This document shows positions 1 to 8,559 of a stretch of DNA of 26,431 bases, piece by piece (positions within the stretch are counted from its first letter, which is position 1; every line of letters begins with the position of its first letter). The stretch covers positions 1 to 26,431 of the forward strand of contig JAVHQC010000009.1 in NCBI GenBank assembly GCA_036170915.1. The letters run 5' to 3'. The DNA comes from Cyanobacteria bacterium auto_48_18 (GTDB lineage: Bacteria > Cyanobacteriota > Vampirovibrionia > Obscuribacterales > Obscuribacteraceae). The position numbers and the translations under genes are program-made. Under the pieces are notes generated by a model that saw only the letters and a program-made list of their open reading frames with translations, was not told the origin of the DNA and made no database searches.

Positions 1-2
1 CG

Positions 3-1682
3 ACACCAGCTCCAGCTCCGGCTCCAACTCCAACACCAACACCAACTCCAACACCAACTCCGACTGCAGCGCCTATTGCAGCCAATCTCACCGGGTCTTC
101 GGGCACTTTCGATCGGGTGGCACAAGTTCAGGCTCAAGAAATTACCGGCGAGTTTCAGGGCCCTCAGAGCTCGCAGGTTAAACCGACAATCAGTCCGGTG
201 CGCGCCACGCCACCACTAGGCACAGCAATTCCAGCGGCCGCGCTTGAGCCGCCGATCTCGTTTTCACCAACTCCGGCCATTGAAGACGATCCTTATGCTG
301 ATCTTGATTTTGGCGACATAGATATTCCTGAAGAAACTGCAGCCGCAGCTGCAACGCCGAGCCCATGGGGCGCTCCTCCAATTGCTGCGCCTGAGCCTCT
401 GGCTAAAGCCGCTGCCAGTTCATCTGAAACTGTTGATGTAGTGCCACCGACAGCGAAAATTCCCGCTGTTGATTCGCCCTGGGGGGCACCACCAGCGGAG
501 GCAACGCCTGTTGTTTCAAAGCCGGCTCCAGCAGCTGCAGTTGTTGAAGCTGCACCAGCACCAACTTTAGCACCAACTTCAGTACCAGTTGAAACACCAA
601 TTGCAGCCCCTGCAGCAGAAGTGGTAACAGCTCCAACTGCCACACCAGAGGCCGCTACCAGTGTTGACCTACCCGCGCCAGTAGCCGCTGTAGATAGCAC
701 CGCTGCGGCTTCTGATTGGGGTAATCTTGATTCAATTCCTACACCGAAGGCCGACTCGGCTGTTACTGGTGCTGCTACCGCCGAAGCAACCGATTGGGGC
801 AAACTAGACAGCATTCCTACACCAGGTGGAGCTGGCGGTAATGCTGCTGCTGCTCCCCGGGGCGGTTTGGGCGGTCTTGGCGGCATGATGATGGGCAAAG
901 CCCGTGCCGGCTCTGGCGCAGGACCACTTAAAAACAGGTTGGGCTCCACTGTTCCTCCGGCGTCGCAAGCGCCACCACAGCTGCCACCACAAGCTCCGGC
1001 AGCCGAAATCGATGAAGTAGCGGCACAGAAAAAGCTAGATCAGTTGATGTCTAATTCGAACGAGACATCCGACTATATTTTCGCCACTGGAGGCCTTGAT
1101 GCCCGCATGCTTGGCCGTATAGACGGTTGGGTGTCGCAGATTGAGGCCAAAGACAAATATGCTAATGGCCACGCTAAGCCGGTGGCTGAGATATCTTGCG
1201 CAATCGCCAAAGAAATGGGCCTTGATCAAGATGCCATTAACCACATCAGGCAAGCAGCTTTAGTGCATGATCTTGGCAAAATGGGAGCAGCAGCTCAGAT
1301 TTTGCAGAAGCCTGAAGAAGACCTTGCTGATTCTGAATTATTGCTGGTAATGAATCATCCGATGGATGGAGCTGAATTGCTTGAATCATTCCCTGACTTA
1401 AAACACCTGGCTCCCATCGTTAGAGCCCATCACGAAGAATTCGACGGCAATGGTTTTCCTCATGGTCTAAAAGGTGACGAAATTCCGCTGGCCGCGCGCA
1501 TCGTCGGTTTAGCCAACCGCTATCACGAACTGGCTGCACCCAAGCGCACTGGGCCTGGTAAAGATCCTTCGTCGGTACAAAGCGACTTTGTTGAGAACGC
1601 AGGAAAAGCGTGGGATCCTAACGTCGTGCAAGCCTTTATTCAGGGCGTTTTGACCGGTAAAATTCCATCACAATTTAGTTGA
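3..1682 (+). CDS. HD-GYP domain protein with long Pro/Ala/Thr-rich disordered region (5'-truncated by window edge)
   Basis: The frame is open from position 3 (TPAPAPAPTPTPTP...), so the true start lies upstream of the window. The C-terminal ~180 aa contain EAKDKYANGH, HDLGK, HPMDG and HHEEFDGNGFPHGLKGDEIPLAARIV, the HD-GYP motif series. Confidence 0.88.
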   Translation, partial: TPAPAPAPTPTPTPTPTPTPTAAPIAANLTGSSGTFDRVAQVQAQEITGEFQGPQSSQVKPTISPVRATPPLGTAIPAAALEPPISFSPTPAIEDDPYADLDFGDIDIPEETAAAAATPSPWGAPPIAAPEPLAKAAASSSETVDVVPPTAKIPAVDSPWGAPPAEATPVVSKPAPAAAVVEAAPAPTLAPTSVPVETPIAAPAAEVVTAPTATPEAATSVDLPAPVAAVDSTAAASDWGNLDSIPTPKADSAVTGAATAEATDWGKLDSIPTPGGAGGNAAAAPRGGLGGLGGMMMGKARAGSGAGPLKNRLGSTVPPASQAPPQLPPQAPAAEIDEVAAQKKLDQLMSNSNETSDYIFATGGLDARMLGRIDGWVSQIEAKDKYANGHAKPVAEISCAIAKEMGLDQDAINHIRQAALVHDLGKMGAAAQILQKPEEDLADSELLLVMNHPMDGAELLESFPDLKHLAPIVRAHHEEFDGNGFPHGLKGDEIPLAARIVGLANRYHELAAPKRTGPGKDPSSVQSDFVENAGKAWDPNVVQAFIQGVLTGKIPSQFS

Positions 1683-1741
1683 ATTTGGTAAATTGCTAGT
1701 ATTACCGGTGGTGCCCGCGCTCTGTCGTCAAGAAAATTGGT

Positions 1742-2899
1742 TTGCTGTTGACTGTACGTATTCTAATTTGTTTTTCGCGTACGGGCGGCGGTCACGTTTA
1801 TGCCGCCAAGGCTATTGAGAAAGCGCTGCACGAAGTATGTCACGCTCAGTACGACCCTGATGAGGTGAATATTGTCGTAGAGAGTGTGATTGGTAGAAGC
1901 AATCCGATTAATCGCCTATTTGTCAGGCTATACAACTATCTTTTGCAAAAGCATCAGCCGTGGATGAAGTACTACGTCGCCTTCATCGAATGTTTTAAAC
2001 CCAATAACCATGAACTTAACTATCAGTTGAGTAAGACACATCTATTGAGCATTCTGGCATTGCACAGTCCTCAAATCGTGGTCTCAGTGCACCCCATGAT
2101 CAATCATTATATGACCCGTGCTATGAAAGACGCCGGGCTTTGGCCGCAAAGTAAATATGTGGTGGTGGTGACTGATCCTAATGCCGGATTGTGGAGCGGT
2201 TGGGCCTGCGAAAACTCTACTCTCACCATTTGCCCCAACGATATTGCTGCAGAGCGGCTGGTGCAGCTTGGCTTGCCGGCAGAAAAAATTGAAATCATCG
2301 GCATGCCTGTCGACCTCGCTTTTTCTCGACCAGCGATTGAAAGCAAGGCCGAGCTTTTTGCGCGCCTTGGTCTGGCCACAGATATTCCCACAATCCTTTT
2401 GTCAGGGGGCTGGGCTGGTGGTGGTGCGATGCCGCGTATTTATTCGCAACTGCAAAAAGTGTCAAAACCAATTCAAGTAATAGCTTTGTGTGGTCGCAAT
2501 AAAAAACAAGTAGCGGTTATGGAAGCACAAAGCAAACTTTCAAAAATTCCCACTGCTGTCTTAGGATTTGTTGATTCATTATCAGACTTGATGGACGCTT
2601 GTGACTTGCTCGTTACAAAAGCAGGCGCTCTGACAACATTTGAGGCAGTGGCGAGACGATTGCCATTAGCTCTTGATTTGCTAACCGAACCAATGCCTCA
2701 AGAAGCAGGCACAGTTGCCATGTTGATAGAAGCGAAACTTGCATTGCCGCTTGAAAAGGCTGGCGATATTGTGAATATCGCAAATGGGCTTAGTGTTTTG
2801 AGAGATCGTCAGAGAGTTCCGCTTCCGCATGAGCATAACCTTGACAGGGTGCAGGCAGCAAGAGAAATTGCAGAGAGAATTTTTGCTTTATATAAGTAG
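1742..2899 (+). CDS. MGDG synthase / UgtP-like diacylglycerol glycosyltransferase (GT28, GT-B fold)
   Basis: Motifs TGGGH..AA.AI, PQIVVSVHP, VVVTD, GMPV, ALCGRN and GFVDSLSDLMDACDLLVTKAGALTTFEA...PQEAG. TTG start; exact start codon uncertain. Confidence 0.85.
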   Translation: MLLTVRILICFSRTGGGHVYAAKAIEKALHEVCHAQYDPDEVNIVVESVIGRSNPINRLFVRLYNYLLQKHQPWMKYYVAFIECFKPNNHELNYQLSKTHLLSILALHSPQIVVSVHPMINHYMTRAMKDAGLWPQSKYVVVVTDPNAGLWSGWACENSTLTICPNDIAAERLVQLGLPAEKIEIIGMPVDLAFSRPAIESKAELFARLGLATDIPTILLSGGWAGGGAMPRIYSQLQKVSKPIQVIALCGRNKKQVAVMEAQSKLSKIPTAVLGFVDSLSDLMDACDLLVTKAGALTTFEAVARRLPLALDLLTEPMPQEAGTVAMLIEAKLALPLEKAGDIVNIANGLSVLRDRQRVPLPHEHNLDRVQAAREIAERIFALYK

Positions 2900-3022
2900 A
2901 CCTAATCATGCTATTAATAGATAGCTCGACGAGTAATTAGTGATTAGAAAACTACGTCACTTGGAAGAATCAAAAAGAGGACTTCGTAAGTTCTGATTTT
3001 GCATGAGACCTCTAAAGAAAAT

Positions 3023-3048
3023 GGAACCAAGTCTCATGCTCGCCCGTC
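3023..3048 (+). promoter_or_regulatory. Possible ECF-sigma promoter (GGAACC-N16-CGTC)
   Basis: GGAACC at 3023-3028 and CGTC at 3045-3048, upstream of the AGGAGG RBS (3066-3071) of the 3081 gene. Confidence 0.35.
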
Positions 3049-3080
3049 GGGGCTAATGTCACCTCAGGAGGACAGATTAA

Positions 3081-3629
3081 ATGATCCGTAAAAGAAATAT
3101 GGGGCCAGTATTGGCTGCCATCGCCGCTGTAACTTCATTCTTGCCAGCAATGGCCCAATCTAGTACTAGTACTACAACAATCACTACCACTTCTAGACCA
3201 GTGATTTTGCAAGGTTCGGCTATGACCGCTCCTACAATGGTTGTCACCGGTTATTCCGGGAAGTCAGTAACAACCCCTTCACGTTTTCCAATCGTTTTGG
3301 CGAAATTTACTGCCACCAATGGCATCACTATTTTCTACGCAGCGGCTCGTGAAGACTTAGCTATGCGTCGTGACGATCTCTTTGCTCGTATTCTGATTGA
3401 GCAAGCTGATGGTCAACTTTCCTCCAGCGCTTCCAGCGATTTTATCAATCGTTTGGCCAGTATCGATGCTCAGAAAGCTAAAACCCCTAGCGACACTGAA
3501 AGCAGAGCCTACTACAAGCATGTCAAAGACACTTATGCTGACTATGATGAACTGGCTCAAGACATTCAAACCAGCTCACATCAACACAACAAGCAATTGG
3601 CCGGTAATTATTCTTACAGAGTATTCTAA
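3081..3629 (+). CDS. Hypothetical exported protein
   Basis: Strong AGGAGG RBS, Sec-type signal peptide (MIRKRNMGPVLAAIAAVTSFLPAMA|Q), Thr/Ser-rich linker, helical C-terminus, followed by a hairpin. Confidence 0.8.
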   Translation: MIRKRNMGPVLAAIAAVTSFLPAMAQSSTSTTTITTTSRPVILQGSAMTAPTMVVTGYSGKSVTTPSRFPIVLAKFTATNGITIFYAAAREDLAMRRDDLFARILIEQADGQLSSSASSDFINRLASIDAQKAKTPSDTESRAYYKHVKDTYADYDELAQDIQTSSHQHNKQLAGNYSYRVF

Positions 3630-3672
3630 GAATAGAGCTGTCTAGTTAGCTAATCTAATCAGAAGTGAAATC

Positions 3673-3702
3673 AAAGCCAGGAGCACCGTGCTCCTGGCTT
3701 TT
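3673..3702 (+). terminator. Rho-independent terminator-like hairpin
   Basis: Perfect 14-bp inverted repeat AAAGCCAGGAGCAC-C-GTGCTCCTGGCTTT ending in TTTT, 43 nt after the 3629 stop. Confidence 0.7.
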
Positions 3703-3717
3703 GAGAGGAGTAGCAAA

Positions 3718-4647
3718 ATGATTGCATCTTACGAGGCCATGCAGTCGCCAGTAGTAGAAACTCTCACCGGCGGTGAAGTTAGAATGACAGCTGGTGGGTG
3801 TGCCTTTCTATTTAAACGCTTGAAACCAGGTGTATTATTTACTGCTATATCCGGAACTGACAAAGGTGAATTGGGTACTGTTGCTCTTGATGAAATCAGA
3901 GAAGAGTTTGCCCGCTTTCGTCAACCTTTAGCCTGGTTTATTGATGCGGAGCATTCACCAAACGTGGTGTCGCAAGTGTTTGAGCAGTGGACTGGTTGGT
4001 TGCTCAAACACCAGCATATTTTCAAATCGATTCATGTCTTTACCAGCGATAAGGCGATGAGGCTCAATTTTTCTATCGCTCGCCATCTTTCTAGCACCGA
4101 TCGGTTAATGGTGATTGATTGCGAGCGCAGTGTTTTCGAAAAAGCAATCACCGCACTGTCTCCCGGGCAAAACTTCGATGCGCCGATTTTTCAAAACAAC
4201 TGGTCAAACTTACCGGCCCTTCCCGTGCGGAAAGAGTGTTTGCCCGATGGCACCATTGTGCTTAGCAACAGCAGCTGCACATTTACTTTCAAGCGCATTG
4301 ACACCAATGTCATTTTTTCAAGAATTACAGGCGTAGACGAGGGCAGTCTGGGCAATTTGCCCTTAGATTATTTGCGTTCTGAGCTTAACTTGTGCACAAA
4401 ACGGCTGACCTGGTTTATTGATGCTTCCTGTACCGAGCGCATTGCACAGGCTGTGCCTGAGACATGGGCTTACTGGATAGCCAGTCAGCAAGCCAATCTT
4501 GAACGAGTAGTAATGCTAACTGCAAAAGGCGCAATTCCGCTGCTAATCGACATCGTTAAAACGCAGCTAAAGGCCACCACCAATATCACAGTGCTTCAAT
4601 CGGCCGAGCAATTTGAATTAGCTCTCAAATCTAAGGTTGCAGAGTAG
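3718..4647 (+). CDS. Hypothetical protein made of two tandem homologous domains (possibly STAS/SpoIIAA-like)
   Basis: GAGGAG RBS 7 nt before ATG 3718; the GTG at 3688 lies inside the hairpin. Clear internal duplication: C.F.FKR....V.F..I.G.D.G.LG...LD..R.E......L.WFIDA. Confidence 0.75.
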   Translation: MIASYEAMQSPVVETLTGGEVRMTAGGCAFLFKRLKPGVLFTAISGTDKGELGTVALDEIREEFARFRQPLAWFIDAEHSPNVVSQVFEQWTGWLLKHQHIFKSIHVFTSDKAMRLNFSIARHLSSTDRLMVIDCERSVFEKAITALSPGQNFDAPIFQNNWSNLPALPVRKECLPDGTIVLSNSSCTFTFKRIDTNVIFSRITGVDEGSLGNLPLDYLRSELNLCTKRLTWFIDASCTERIAQAVPETWAYWIASQQANLERVVMLTAKGAIPLLIDIVKTQLKATTNITVLQSAEQFELALKSKVAE

Positions 4648-5980
4648 GCGTAAGCAGCGGCTGCGTATCTAATGCGGGGTCTATTCCAGGTTCTGGTCTA
4701 AGCGCAGGCTTTAGTGCATCAAGCGGAACCACCAGATCTGGTGCCTGCTGGGGAGCTTCTGACTTGTGCTCGCTGTCTCTGACGGAAGGTTGGTCTTTTT
4801 CTGATTGATCGTTCTTAGGGGCGTTGTTGTTCTTCTTTCTCTTCTTATCTTTTTGCTCTTGGTCTGGTTCTTGATTCTCCAGCTTACCGGGCCGACCGAA
4901 CATCAGATGCAGCAATGGAGCACGTTTGTCCAAAATTTGATTGAGTTGTCTCGAGACCATGTTGAGGTTGCCAATGGCCTCGCGAGTGGTGGCTAGGGTA
5001 GATCTCAAATCTTTGCCGTACCCAGGACGGCTGAACATCGTATCGACTTTATCTAAAGTTTTGCGCGCTTGGGCAAGTATCTCTTTGATGTCGTCACGCA
5101 ATTTTGTGTCGCTAGACATTTTCTGTACAGAATCGACAGACATTTGCACGTTTTCAGTGGCCTGGCTGAGCTTGTCTAATGCCACCAGCAAGTCACGTCT
5201 CAGTGGCTTATCAGAAAGTGTGGCGTTAATATCGCGCACCGTCTCTTTAATTGATTCAGCAGTCTCTTTCAGCTTAGTCACTGTCTCTTTCAAGTCAGAC
5301 GAGAAATGCGGATCGTCCAGGATACGATTGATTTTCTTGGTTGTATGTTTGACCTCTTTAGCTACTTCACGCAAATCTTGCGTAAGAGGTAAAGCATTGT
5401 CGATCACCGGATAAGACTTGGTTGCCAGAACTGAGAGCTGGTCAGCTGCGCGCACCAAGCGTTTGCGGTCTTCGTTGAAATTCTTTTGCAAGAGCACCGG
5501 ATCGATATTACTTAAAGCGATGACGAGTTTGTTGATAGCCAGTTCAGGACGAGCGGGATCTTCACCACGCACCACGGCATTGTCGGGCAAGGGCGGAAGA
5601 CCAGCGTCGCGATAAGGAATATGCGGGATTTTAATTTCTATATATTTGGCGCCAACGATACCGTTGGTCAAAATCATGAAGGTGGCGCCATGAGGAATGC
5701 GCACTTGTTTTGTGGTAATGCGCAAACGCACTAGCACCTTGTGGTTGCTTTGCCAATCCATCTTCTCGATGATGCCTACGCGCATTCCATCGAGATAAAC
5801 TTCGGCATTGTCATTAAGTTGAGCCACTTCGTGAAAAATGACGTTAATGGTTTGCGCTTGCATCAGCGCACCGGTTCCCCTGAACCAGAGATAACCCCAG
5901 AGCATTAAAATTAGTGCCACCACTGTGAAAATTCCCAGTGAGCCATCGGTAATCATCGGTGCGTTTTCTTTTTCTTCCAT
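4631..5980 (-). CDS. mlaD: MlaD/MCE family protein with long helical tail
   Basis: N-terminal TM helix; MCE domain (F.EVAQL..NAEVYLDGMRVGII...IPHGATF.I..NGIVGAKYIEI); long amphipathic helical region; adjacent to mlaE. Confidence 0.88.
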   Translation of the reverse strand: MEEKENAPMITDGSLGIFTVVALILMLWGYLWFRGTGALMQAQTINVIFHEVAQLNDNAEVYLDGMRVGIIEKMDWQSNHKVLVRLRITTKQVRIPHGATFMILTNGIVGAKYIEIKIPHIPYRDAGLPPLPDNAVVRGEDPARPELAINKLVIALSNIDPVLLQKNFNEDRKRLVRAADQLSVLATKSYPVIDNALPLTQDLREVAKEVKHTTKKINRILDDPHFSSDLKETVTKLKETAESIKETVRDINATLSDKPLRRDLLVALDKLSQATENVQMSVDSVQKMSSDTKLRDDIKEILAQARKTLDKVDTMFSRPGYGKDLRSTLATTREAIGNLNMVSRQLNQILDKRAPLLHLMFGRPGKLENQEPDQEQKDKKRKKNNNAPKNDQSEKDQPSVRDSEHKSEAPQQAPDLVVPLDALKPALRPEPGIDPALDTQPLLTPTLQP

Positions 5981-5983
5981 CGT

Positions 5984-6748
5984 TCAATACTTTGACATAT
6001 AGGCGGCCCAGGTAATCAATAAATTTGTGAAGAAACCGACTACAAAAGTTGCGGTTACGGCATTTGAAGGAACGGCTCTGTCACCATTAGTGGTGGCAGT
6101 ACCGGCGGCGCAGCCGGCAAAAAATCCCACGGTAGGATTAACCAAAATCAGCTTAACGTGGTAAACCACGATATCTCTCCATTCAATGCCTGTATGGGCA
6201 GACTGTAAAAATTCGGCGGTGGAAGAAACGCCTAAAAGGGGAGCCGCGAGTGCGCCAGTGATGAAACCCACCACCAGACCGTAAGCGCCCAGCGGAACGG
6301 CCATGAAAAGTGCTGCCAGATAATTGGGTAGAACAAATGAGCGGCAAAATTTTTCGCTTTGTCCCGCATCATTGTAAGCTTGAGCTTCGGCGGCAATGCG
6401 AGCGGCAACTCTCGCGCACCATGCGAGAGACACGGTCAGTGGTCCAATTTCGCGCAGTAAGCCAATAGAAATAACAGCACCAGAAATATCTTCGGCTTGA
6501 TACTTTTGCAACTCAATACAACATTGAATGGTAAGGGCAATAGAAACAGCCACAGCTGCTAGGGTAACAAGGTGGAATGATTCAGGACCCATCCACAAGC
6601 AGGCAGCCTTAAAGCGATTGTACGAGAATGCAGCCATTGAAGGCGGCGTAAACGCGCCAAATAGCATGCGAACTGCCCGGCCGAGCGGTGCTACCCAGAA
6701 GAATATTTCGATTGGTGGTATCAAGCCGACTAGTTTAGTTATTGCCAT
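5984..6748 (-). CDS. mlaE: MlaE family ABC permease (divergent)
   Basis: GPESF.LV, GAVISIGLLREIGPL..SL...ARVAARIAAE and V....TAT motifs; several TM helices; 3 nt upstream of mlaD. Confidence 0.82.
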   Translation of the reverse strand: MAITKLVGLIPPIEIFFWVAPLGRAVRMLFGAFTPPSMAAFSYNRFKAACLWMGPESFHLVTLAAVAVSIALTIQCCIELQKYQAEDISGAVISIGLLREIGPLTVSLAWCARVAARIAAEAQAYNDAGQSEKFCRSFVLPNYLAALFMAVPLGAYGLVVGFITGALAAPLLGVSSTAEFLQSAHTGIEWRDIVVYHVKLILVNPTVGFFAGCAAGTATTNGDRAVPSNAVTATFVVGFFTNLLITWAAYMSKY

Positions 6749-6780
6749 TATCTAGTTATACGGATAAGTGATTTGGAGTT

Positions 6781-6981
6781 TTAGAGAGAAGCGAGGAAGT
6801 CATCAATATGTTCTTCCGCTTCATCTTTAGAGTGACCATAATGCTTTTGCAATTTGGCGGCTAGTTGTTCGCGCTTGCCGGCGATCTCAAGGGCGTCGTC
6901 ATCAGTAATTTTGCCCCACTGCTGTTTGATTTTTCCGGCAATCTCATGCCAGTTGCCGATTATAAAGTCGTCCCAGTGCAT
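6781..6981 (-). CDS. CsbD/YjbJ family stress protein
   Basis: MHWDDFIIGNWHEIAGKIKQQWGKITDDD..EIAGKREQL..KLQKHYG.SKDEAE is the YjbJ-type signature. Start placed at ATG 6981, which has an AGGGGT RBS, rather than at 7029. Confidence 0.9.
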   Translation of the reverse strand: MHWDDFIIGNWHEIAGKIKQQWGKITDDDALEIAGKREQLAAKLQKHYGHSKDEAEEHIDDFLASL

Positions 6982-7110
6982 CTCAACTACCCCTAAATGG
7001 AACTTGTCGCTTTCCGTCATAGACCGCAATTCGCTAACTCAGTGCCATGGTTTATGCCAGCTATTTCAAAATTAACATAATAACGGACCCGGCTGTCTGC
7101 TTTCTGCCAT

Positions 7111-7149
7111 AAGAGAAAGACTCGAGCCTGAGCCCGAGTCTTTCTTTTT
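7111..7149 (-). terminator. Rho-independent terminator of rpsA
   Basis: On the minus strand: GACTCGGGC-TCAG-GCTCGAGTC (one G-U pair) followed by TTTCTCTT, ~25 nt after the rpsA stop. Confidence 0.8.
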
Positions 7150-7174
7150 GATATGAACAGTTATCGGTCAGAAT

Positions 7175-8272
7175 TTAGTTAAGTAAATCGCTTACATCCA
7201 TGCCTTTCAAGCTCAAGGAAATTTTGTGTTCCTTTGGCGAGAATTTCTTGATGATTGCCTTTACTTGTTGACCGACTTGTACGATTTCTTCTGGCTTGGC
7301 AGTAGGCTGATCGCTCATTTCTACTGTAGGCAGAAGCGCATCTACACCAGGATAGATTTGAACAAATGCGCCGAAGCTCTGAATTTTGCGAACGGTGCCG
7401 TTCACAACTTGACCTTCACCGAACTTGTCTTCAATTTCTTTCCATGGATCAGGCTGCATTTGCTTGAGACTCAAGCTGATGTGGCCCTTTTCTTGATCTA
7501 CTTTCAAAACTTTTGTGGTCACCATTTGACCAACTTTCAGAACATCTGATGGATGGCTGACCCGTTCCCACGAAATTTCGGAGATTGGCAGCAAACCGTC
7601 GAGGCCGCCCAGATCGATGAAAGCGCCGAAGTCTGCAATACGCACCACTTCGCCGGTAACAACCTGGCCAGATTCCAGAGTAGAGAGAATTTTTTCTCTT
7701 TGCGCAGCTTTTTCTTCTTGCACTGCAAGACGCTGGCTGAGAATCAGTTTGTTGCGCTTGGTGTCTGTTTCCAGAATCTTCATTGGAATTTCCATACCAA
7801 TCAATTCTTCTGGTGTCGTGCCTTTGACGCGCAATTGGCTGGCAGGTACGAAACCTCTTAAGCCATAAACGTCTACCACTACGCCGCCTTTGACAACGTT
7901 GGAAATCTTGGCGCGAATGGTCTCGTCGTTCTTCTTCTGATTTTCCAGTAAGACCCAACCTCTTGCCTGAGCAACACGCTTCAGTGAGAGAGTTAGCTGA
8001 CCGTTCTCGTTCTCTTCTCTAAGAATGTAGAACTCATACTTTTCGCCGACTTTGACGACATCATCAATTTTGTCGATAGGCATGTTTGAGACTTCTTTTT
8101 GCGGTACGAAGCCTTCCGATTTTCCGCCTACGTCTACGAGTATCCCGTCTCTTTCGATACGGACTACGCCGCCCGAGACAATGTCCCCTTGCTCAAACTT
8201 GAAACTTAAAGATTGTTCGAGAAGTCGCTCGAATTCTGATTTCGAGTTGGGTTCTAGCTGCTGTTCAGTCAC
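7175..8272 (-). CDS. rpsA: 30S ribosomal protein S1 (four S1 domains)
   Basis: Four OB repeats: GDIVSG..VDVGGKSEGFVP, VKGGVVVDVYGLRGFVPASQL, ADFGAFIDLGGLDGLLPISEISW and SFGAFVQIYPGVDALL. Likely start is GTG 8272 (GGAG upstream) or GTG 8284, not 8404. Confidence 0.95.
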   Translation of the reverse strand: MTEQQLEPNSKSEFERLLEQSLSFKFEQGDIVSGGVVRIERDGILVDVGGKSEGFVPQKEVSNMPIDKIDDVVKVGEKYEFYILREENENGQLTLSLKRVAQARGWVLLENQKKNDETIRAKISNVVKGGVVVDVYGLRGFVPASQLRVKGTTPEELIGMEIPMKILETDTKRNKLILSQRLAVQEEKAAQREKILSTLESGQVVTGEVVRIADFGAFIDLGGLDGLLPISEISWERVSHPSDVLKVGQMVTTKVLKVDQEKGHISLSLKQMQPDPWKEIEDKFGEGQVVNGTVRKIQSFGAFVQIYPGVDALLPTVEMSDQPTAKPEEIVQVGQQVKAIIKKFSPKEHKISLSLKGMDVSDLLN

Positions 8273-8529
8273 TGAAATAGTCACTCCCTTGTCCTTTTTA
8301 AATTTGTGGCCGGCATTCAGATGCAAAAATGCACTGTTGAATTCAGCCACCAGCGCCGATGCTTTGAAAATTCCTTCAGGCGGGGTACGCCTCAAGGGTC
8401 GCAAAGCTAGGTGATTGGTTCGTAAATACTACTGCCCTCAGGCGCTCTTGCCTCGCCACCCCGGAATAGGCGAATGCCTAATTCCAAGAGCTTCAGTCAA
8501 AAGCCCAATCGCGCACAGGCGAAGTAGAG

Positions 8530-8559
8530 AATATAGACCAATAGATATGCAGCTTTCAA
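8530..8559 (-). promoter_or_regulatory. Putative sigma70 promoter of rpsA (TTGAAA-N18-TATATT)
   Basis: Minus-strand -35 at 8559-8554 and -10 at 8535-8530, each a 5/6 match to consensus. Confidence 0.55.

Noticed and set aside
293..949. 218-aa antisense ORF
   Set aside because: Shadow of the Pro/Ala-rich sense gene, whose codon usage avoids antisense stops.
3688..3717. GTG start at 3688
   Set aside because: Buried in the hairpin; ATG 3718 has a properly spaced GAGGAG.
8285..8404. N-terminal extension of S1 in the ORF track
   Set aside because: No S1 similarity, RBS-like sequences sit at GTG 8272/8284, and the region is better explained as a structured UTR.
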